Below, in pieces: positions 58,275 through 64,000 of a stretch of 64,000 nt of DNA. The notes beneath the pieces are model-generated. The model was given only the letters and a program-made list of their open reading frames with translations, was not told the DNA's origin and did not search any database. How positions within the stretch are numbered: the first letter of the stretch is position 1; each line of letters opens with the position of its first letter. This DNA is from Candidatus Aenigmatarchaeota archaeon (GTDB lineage Archaea; Aenigmatarchaeota; Aenigmatarchaeia; Aenigmatarchaeales; JACQIB01), in NCBI GenBank assembly GCA_016198755.1, contig JACQIB010000005.1, forward strand, positions 160,001-224,000, read 5' to 3'. Position numbers and translations under genes: made by a program.

Positions 58275-59855
58275 ATGCAATACACTATAGCCATAATTGG
58301 CTCTGGTCCAATGGGCTTTACAAGCGGTGTAGCTTTTGCAAGCTGGGGGAATAAAGTAAGGTTTTTGGACCTTAACCAAAAGATAGTTGAAAAAATAAAC
58401 TCTGGAATTTCCCCTTTCTATGAGCCTGGATTGCAGGAGCTTTTCCTTTCTTCCAGAAACAACATTACTGCAACTTCTGATTATTCCGAAGCTTTGAAGT
58501 GGGCTGATATCGCTTTCATCTGCGTTGGCACTCCTGAGAAGGAAGATGGAAGTGTTGATTTAAAGTACGTAGAATCTGCTGCAGCTTCCCTTGGACAGAA
58601 CCTGCCAAATGCCCCTGGTTTAACAATAATAAACAAGAGCACTGTTCCCCCAGGCACTGTTTCCGGCTTGATTAAGGAAACTTTGGAAAAGATTTCTGGG
58701 GGGAAAGCTGGAAAGGATTTTTATATAGGCTCTAATCCTGAATTTTTAGCTGAAGGGAAAGCTGTTGAGGATGCTCTGAGACCTGACAAAATTGTTATCG
58801 GGGTTTCAAATGACCGCGCTAAAGAAGTTTTACTATCCCTCTATTCCCACCCTTCCCTTTCAAACTCGAAAATTGTTGTTACAGATACTAACACAGCAGA
58901 AGCTGTCAAATACGGGAACAATAACTGGCTCCCCTCTAAAGTTTGCTTTGTGAACGAGGTTGGAAGGATTTTGCTAAAGCAGGGTATTGATGTTTATGAT
59001 ATTGTTAAAAGGGCAAAAGAGCTTGGGATGGAGGATTTTCTTGCTGAAAACTTTGAAAGGGAAGTTCCTGTTACTGGGAAAGAGGTTTTGATATTGAAAA
59101 AACTTGGGGAGAAAACTGGAGTTAAAACTCCTATATTAGACTCTATTATAGAATCCCTAAATCCTTCTGAGCCAGCGGAGATGGACTGGCCAGAACTGTT
59201 TAAAGGAGCTCTTTATAGTTTGCATCAGGTATTTTTGAAAGAATATTCTGCACTTGGAAAACTGTTGAACTTTAATTCAGCTGAAGTTGTGCATGCTGTT
59301 TCCCTTGATAAAAGGGCTGCACATGGGTTTTTGGATGCAGGTCCGGGAATAGGAGGGAGCTGTTTTGTAAAGGATTTGAAAGGTATGGCTGCTGTAGCCA
59401 AAATTAAGGGGTATGAAGCAAAGCTGCTTTTGGCTGATGTTGAATCAGATAAAATACAAAAATCCTATGCTTTTGAAAGGCTGAAAGAACAGATCGCAGA
59501 ATTAAAGGGGAGAAAGATTGCTGTTCTTGGTTTGGCTTTCAAGCCTGACACAGACGATATACGGGAATCTGCTGCAATTTCTGTTATAAATAAACTGTTA
59601 GAAGCAGGCGCTGAAGTGCACGCATGGGACCCGAAAGCTGCAGAGAACATGAAACGAATCTATCCTAACATAACTTACTTTAATCATGTGAACGCTGCTT
59701 TGGCAGGAACTGACGCTGCAATTGTTCTTACACATTGGAAGGAAGTGAAAGAAGCTGATTTTTCAGGCATGAATGGAAATCTGATTGTGGATGCAAGGAG
59801 AACAGTGGAGAAGGGAACTGCTGGAAAAACTGTTATTGGTATTTGCTGGCCCTGA
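58275..59855 (+). CDS. UDP-glucose/GDP-mannose dehydrogenase family protein with an expanded central domain
   Basis: IIGSGPMG, ICVGTP, NKSTVPPG, NPEFL, GGSCFVKD and LAFKPDTDD. Confidence 0.92.
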   Translation: MQYTIAIIGSGPMGFTSGVAFASWGNKVRFLDLNQKIVEKINSGISPFYEPGLQELFLSSRNNITATSDYSEALKWADIAFICVGTPEKEDGSVDLKYVESAAASLGQNLPNAPGLTIINKSTVPPGTVSGLIKETLEKISGGKAGKDFYIGSNPEFLAEGKAVEDALRPDKIVIGVSNDRAKEVLLSLYSHPSLSNSKIVVTDTNTAEAVKYGNNNWLPSKVCFVNEVGRILLKQGIDVYDIVKRAKELGMEDFLAENFEREVPVTGKEVLILKKLGEKTGVKTPILDSIIESLNPSEPAEMDWPELFKGALYSLHQVFLKEYSALGKLLNFNSAEVVHAVSLDKRAAHGFLDAGPGIGGSCFVKDLKGMAAVAKIKGYEAKLLLADVESDKIQKSYAFERLKEQIAELKGRKIAVLGLAFKPDTDDIRESAAISVINKLLEAGAEVHAWDPKAAENMKRIYPNITYFNHVNAALAGTDAAIVLTHWKEVKEADFSGMNGNLIVDARRTVEKGTAGKTVIGICWP

Positions 59856-59860
59856 GCTTA

Positions 59861-61042
59861 TTATGTTTTAGCTGGAAGTAAAGAAACGGTCCCATTAAAT
59901 TCACCGCCGCCAAGCCTTGACTGGACTTCTCTCACTGCACTTGCAAGTTCACTGTCATCATCTATTCCATAAACAAATGTTTTATTCAATTCACCCATTC
60001 TTATGGTTAGGTCTGCAGAATGCTGAAGTTCCAAATCCTTATAGGGAGCAACTTTTCTTCCTTCCAGAACTGGAGTTTCAATTGCAGGGTTAGGGGGCTT
60101 GTGTTTTTTTACCTCAAACGGGCTTTTTGTTAGTCTTTCCAATTCTTTCACAACAACTTCAGGCTCAGCTTTAACTGTTCCATAAGATTGAAAACCATCC
60201 ATACTGAAAATCCTTTCTGCAAGCTCCCCTGTTTTTCTGGCAAGCCATTCAAATTCCATATCCACCATCTGGAAAAGGTTTTGCATGTTAACAAATCCTC
60301 TCTTATGCAGCTCCTTTGCTACTCTTCCGACAAAAGCTTCCTTTGCCATAAGCCCAGGATCCCTGTAAAACTTTTCGTACATCTTTGTACGCGCTTCCAA
60401 AAACTCCCCAACAACATGGGAATCTCCAAAAACAATCCTTCCATTAACTATAGAAACAGATTCGAATGGATCTGGCATATATCTATCAGTCCATGTAAAT
60501 GGTAGTTGGCCTAATTTGCATGCATCCAAAGCAACGTAACTCCACCTGTCCACATCTATCGAATTTTGACTGTTAACCAGCTGCCCAAGAGGTGAGCTAT
60601 CTTTCCCGCGCACAAGGTTTACAACCCTCTCTTTCTCTATCCCGTGCCTTCTAAGGTATTCTAAAGCTTTCGGGGAACTGTTAAGTACTTTTTCAAAGAG
60701 ATCCTCATCACTTATCCCTAATGCTTTTGCAACAGAATCTGAAAGAGGAGGGGATGCTATATCATGCAGCATTGCCACTGTTACTGCAAGTTTTCTATCC
60801 AACCCAAGTGTTTGAGCTATATAATCTATCTGCGTTGCAAAAACCAATGAGTGGAGATAGCGTGTGTGTTCTGCGGGAATGCCTTTTGCAGTCTGGCTAA
60901 CCAGCCCAAGTTGTTTTACACGACTCAGTCTAGCTACTGCTGGAATAACACCCAATTCCCTGTAAAGGCTGCGTCCATAGTTTATTATAGTACTTGTTTG
61001 CGGAACAACAACTGGATCATCAATCCTATCCATTAATCGCAT
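59861..61042 (-). CDS. HD-domain phosphohydrolase (dNTPase/YdhJ-like)
   Basis: RVKQLG, HTRYLHS, LHDIA and DVDRWSY. Confidence 0.88.
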   Translation of the reverse strand: MRLMDRIDDPVVVPQTSTIINYGRSLYRELGVIPAVARLSRVKQLGLVSQTAKGIPAEHTRYLHSLVFATQIDYIAQTLGLDRKLAVTVAMLHDIASPPLSDSVAKALGISDEDLFEKVLNSSPKALEYLRRHGIEKERVVNLVRGKDSSPLGQLVNSQNSIDVDRWSYVALDACKLGQLPFTWTDRYMPDPFESVSIVNGRIVFGDSHVVGEFLEARTKMYEKFYRDPGLMAKEAFVGRVAKELHKRGFVNMQNLFQMVDMEFEWLARKTGELAERIFSMDGFQSYGTVKAEPEVVVKELERLTKSPFEVKKHKPPNPAIETPVLEGRKVAPYKDLELQHSADLTIRMGELNKTFVYGIDDDSELASAVREVQSRLGGGEFNGTVSLLPAKT

Positions 61043-61114
61043 CCATTGTCTTGTGTTGCTGTATCGTGTAATTTCTCTCATAATTCTACATGGATGCAAA
61101 AGCTTAAGTGCACA

Positions 61115-61244
61115 TGGTGGGCCCGCTGTGATTTGAAATCCTGCTTTGCAGACACAGGTCGCCAGCATTTCGGCTTCTCTTAAGCTTGAGTGTCCCCAAG
61201 CTGGTATCCTACCATTCTAGCGCATGTAGCTAGACTACGGGCCC
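61115..61244 (-). tRNA. tRNA-Pro(GGG) with three introns
   Basis: Removing 61215-61227, 61168-61193 and 61138-61152 yields a 76-nt cloverleaf ending in CCA; BHB-type junctions. Confidence 0.92.
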
Positions 61245-61297
61245 AGATATATTCTACTTAAAGTAGGTTTAAATATGAAAACATTCATATCACTACA

Positions 61298-61996
61298 ATG
61301 AAAATAATTTTGGTGATGCTCTCTTTGGTGGTGGTAGCTGGCTGTACAATAGGTAGCAAATCTGTCGGCAATGTTCCTGAAGAGGTTTTTAAGAACTGGC
61401 TAGTTAGCTCCGGGCTTTTTACTACCGATTATGTGAATCAGCACTTTACAAATTTTATTGTAACTGGTGAAGTGAAGGTGGAAGATAAGTGTCCTTCAAG
61501 TAAAATACAAACAAAAAAGAATGTTGTAGAAAATATAATAACGTTGGAATGCAAAGAACCAAACGAAAATACATTTAATATATATAAAATAGATAAAAGG
61601 TTTTTGGGCTATTCTGTTGTGTCTGTGAGATATTCTGTTGTTGTGGATGGGATAGATTTATGCTCTGCCATAGAATGCAGTGCAGACATTTACAAATCTC
61701 CGGATGGTAATATGACGGATATCAAATATGTATATGGAGTGCTGCGGGAATACCCAGTTAAAGTTTCCAGGGAACAGGCTATTGAAATAATGAAAAGAGA
61801 CGCTGATTGTAAATATGCAAATCCTTCACTATCTTTGGGGGGTCCTAATGACAGGTATACTATCAATAAAGGGTTGGAACTCAGCAGCTATCCTTTCCTT
61901 TGGTCTGGTGCTGTAGCTGTGAATGGTTTTTGTAGCTTCAGTTGTACGGTAGATATAAATAGCGGTGCTTTCTATAAAGAAAAGGCTTGCATATAG
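61298..61996 (+). CDS. Putative lipoprotein
   Basis: VVAGC lipobox-like signal. Confidence 0.7.
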   Translation: MKIILVMLSLVVVAGCTIGSKSVGNVPEEVFKNWLVSSGLFTTDYVNQHFTNFIVTGEVKVEDKCPSSKIQTKKNVVENIITLECKEPNENTFNIYKIDKRFLGYSVVSVRYSVVVDGIDLCSAIECSADIYKSPDGNMTDIKYVYGVLREYPVKVSREQAIEIMKRDADCKYANPSLSLGGPNDRYTINKGLELSSYPFLWSGAVAVNGFCSFSCTVDINSGAFYKEKACI

Positions 61997-62063
61997 GTTT
62001 GTTATTACTCTATCTTTCTCTTTATTTCTTCAATGTTATTAATACATATCAATATGCACAAAA

Positions 62064-62528
62064 TCACTGCTTCTTTTTCATGAATTTGTAAGCCATAATA
62101 ATGTGGTTTTTAACCTGCGGCGGAAAGTCAAAGTTTTTCAGCTCTTTAATATCCACCCATTTGCAGCTTATAGTGTCGTCAAGCGGCCTTGCTTTTCCTG
62201 ACTTGTACCTGCATGCAAAAACAAGCTCAACCACATGCTCACCTGTTGAGCGGATAAATGTATTATTAACAACTAAATGAACATTATTTTTAATAGCCAC
62301 TCCAACCTCTTCCTTAATCTCCTTTCTCAGAGTTTTTTCAATGACTCCATATACACCACCTTTGGTTTTTTCAACCTTTCCCCCAGGTATTGTCCACTTG
62401 CCAGGCATGTGAGTTTCCTTCCAGCTCCTCTGGGAAATTAGAACTTTATCTCCCCTGAAAACTGCGCCGTTTACAAGAAGTACATGCAGTTTATTTTTTG
62501 CTGAATCATATACTTTTCCTTTATTCAC
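62064..62528 (-). CDS. NUDIX hydrolase
   Basis: PGGKVE...LRKEIKEEVGV. Confidence 0.88.
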   Translation of the reverse strand: MNKGKVYDSAKNKLHVLLVNGAVFRGDKVLISQRSWKETHMPGKWTIPGGKVEKTKGGVYGVIEKTLRKEIKEEVGVAIKNNVHLVVNNTFIRSTGEHVVELVFACRYKSGKARPLDDTISCKWVDIKELKNFDFPPQVKNHIIMAYKFMKKKQ

Positions 62529-62606
62529 AATAAACTGTTTCGCAAAGCCTGCTTAAATACAAAGCTATTTATTAATTAGCGAATCAAAAATGTGGCTGGG
62601 AATAAA

Positions 62607-63323
62607 ATGGATTATTTGATTTTTGCACTGGCGGGTGTAACATTCCTGTCAACACTGGCTGGAGGAGCTCTGGCTTTAAAGAATAGAAAAATGCTTCCTT
62701 ACCTGTTTGCATTTGCTGCAGGGAGTTTAATTGCGGTTTCTATGCTTGATCTGCTTCCTGAAAGCCTTTCTCTCGCCTCCTCAATAAACATGCCAATAAG
62801 GTATCCGCTGATAGCTGTTGTTGTTTCCTTTCTTGTCTACAGCCTTTTGGAAAGGTTTTTCCTTACACACCACCATGATGATGAACATCCGCACATAATG
62901 GGACCTGTTGGGGCTGGGGGGCTTGTTTTGCATAGTTTTCTGGACGGTGCAGCAATAGGCGCAGCCTACCAGATAAACCCTTCTATAGGTCTGGTAGTGG
63001 CATTGGCAGTGATTTTCCATGATTTTACTGATGGAGTAAACACTGTAACTTTAATGCTGAAAAATAAGCATTCAATTAAAAATTCCATGTTGTTTTTGGG
63101 CGCAGATGCTTTAGCTCCTGTTATTGGAGTTTTGTTTACATCCTTTGTTTCAATAAGCCAGAATTGGCTCTCTCTTTTACTTGCATTCTTTGTAGGTGAG
63201 TTCCTGTATATAGGGGCAGCTAACCTTTTACCAGAAACATACAAACATGGACAGGCAAAAGAAATGATGCTTGCTATGGGGCTGGGAATAGGTATAATTT
63301 TAGTTCTTACTTCTTTGGTTTGA
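62607..63323 (+). CDS. ZIP family metal transporter
   Basis: LHSFLDG, FHDFTDG, His-rich loop and LLPE. Confidence 0.92.
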   Translation: MDYLIFALAGVTFLSTLAGGALALKNRKMLPYLFAFAAGSLIAVSMLDLLPESLSLASSINMPIRYPLIAVVVSFLVYSLLERFFLTHHHDDEHPHIMGPVGAGGLVLHSFLDGAAIGAAYQINPSIGLVVALAVIFHDFTDGVNTVTLMLKNKHSIKNSMLFLGADALAPVIGVLFTSFVSISQNWLSLLLAFFVGEFLYIGAANLLPETYKHGQAKEMMLAMGLGIGIILVLTSLV

Positions 63324-63329
63324 ACTGTT

Positions 63330-63860
63330 TTAAGAAACATAGATTATTGTTGTAAACTTGTTGTTTCCTTCATTAGACTCTGCAATCCTGTTGTCTGGAT
63401 CAACAAAAGCAATAACCTCGTAGTTGCCGGGTATTTTTGCAGAAACATTGCATGAAGCCTGATATATTTTCCCTGGCATAGTCTCAAAATAGCCTGTTGG
63501 ACCTGGGTATACACAAGCATATTTAGCGCTTGAGTTTGTTGGCAAAGAATAATCTACTCTTACACGCACACCGGTAACATTTACTTCCCCTGTATTCAGC
63601 ACATACATTAGAGGTTTTCTGTTTCCATCCTCAAAACTCACTATCTCAACAGTAAGGTCTGGCTTTGGCTGGATTGTAGTAGTGGTTGTGGTTTTTGCTG
63701 TAGTTGCAGTTTCATTGACTATAGTTGCTGTCGTAGTTGTAGGTGAGGCTGCTGTTGTAGTTGTTGTGGTTGTGTCTGCTACCGCATTCCCGGTTGCTTG
63801 TGAAGTGCAGCCTGCTGCCAGCGCAACTAAAATTAAGGCAGTGACAATTAACTTTACCAT
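63330..63860 (-). CDS. Lipoprotein with Thr-rich stalk and CARDB domain
   Basis: LAAGC lipobox; KPDL...VDPDNRIAESNEGNN. Confidence 0.85.
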   Translation of the reverse strand: MVKLIVTALILVALAAGCTSQATGNAVADTTTTTTTAASPTTTTATIVNETATTAKTTTTTTIQPKPDLTVEIVSFEDGNRKPLMYVLNTGEVNVTGVRVRVDYSLPTNSSAKYACVYPGPTGYFETMPGKIYQASCNVSAKIPGNYEVIAFVDPDNRIAESNEGNNKFTTIIYVS

Positions 63861-63893
63861 GCTTTTCCTTCGTTAGAAATCCTTATAAGCTTA

Positions 63894-64000
63894 TCAGCGC
63901 CTGAATTTTGACATCTGCTGAAGCAGGTCTACATGCGTTAAGAAAAGTGAGCGGCAGCAAAATCTTTTCACTCCTAAATCATCCATAACTTTCTTTGCCT
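63894..64000 (-). CDS. rpoN: RNA polymerase subunit Rpo10 (RpoN), C-terminal part
   Basis: Hand translation AKKVMDDLGVKRFCCRSLFLTHVDL matches the LG..RYCCR..L.HVDL signature. Confidence 0.9.
   Translation of the reverse strand, partial: AKKVMDDLGVKRFCCRSLFLTHVDLLQQMSKFRR

Noticed and set aside
61043-61168. N-terminal extension of the HD protein (and the similar extension at 23194-23319)
   Set aside because: These extensions run through tRNA genes; downstream ATGs are more plausible starts.

Overview
Gene-dense archaeal chromosome segment, with no rRNA or CRISPR array seen. Archaeal markers include aRF1, proteasome beta, aCPSF1, Kae1/Bud32, Rpo7/Spt4, eS24/eS31/uS15/eS1, Mre11/Rad50/HerA/NurA and Taw1. 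The compact layout, many apparently leaderless genes, bacterial-type MetK and Cys-rich surface proteins suggest a DPANN-type lineage (inference). RNA genes read directly from the sequence are tRNA-Ala(CGC), tRNA-Ile(GAU) with a T-loop intron, tRNA-Pro(GGG) with three BHB-type introns, and SRP RNA. The most notable observations are five. (1) A free-standing HTH-LAGLIDADG gene sits between an orphan tRNA 5' fragment and an intact tRNA-Ala, with its stop codon inside the tRNA; this fits an intron-less homing element that replaces the tRNA 5' end. (2) An 8-gene Cys/His-rich membrane cluster has two tandem proteins ending in MVGGC and a candidate operator. (3) A LAGLIDADG intein splits the GGGAF/SGKD motif of MetK. 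(4) A UDP-glucose dehydrogenase has an apparently duplicated dimerisation domain. (5) Several ORFs are hidden or lack canonical starts, and a possible read-through uORF precedes aRF1. All product calls come from motif recognition by eye, not database searches.
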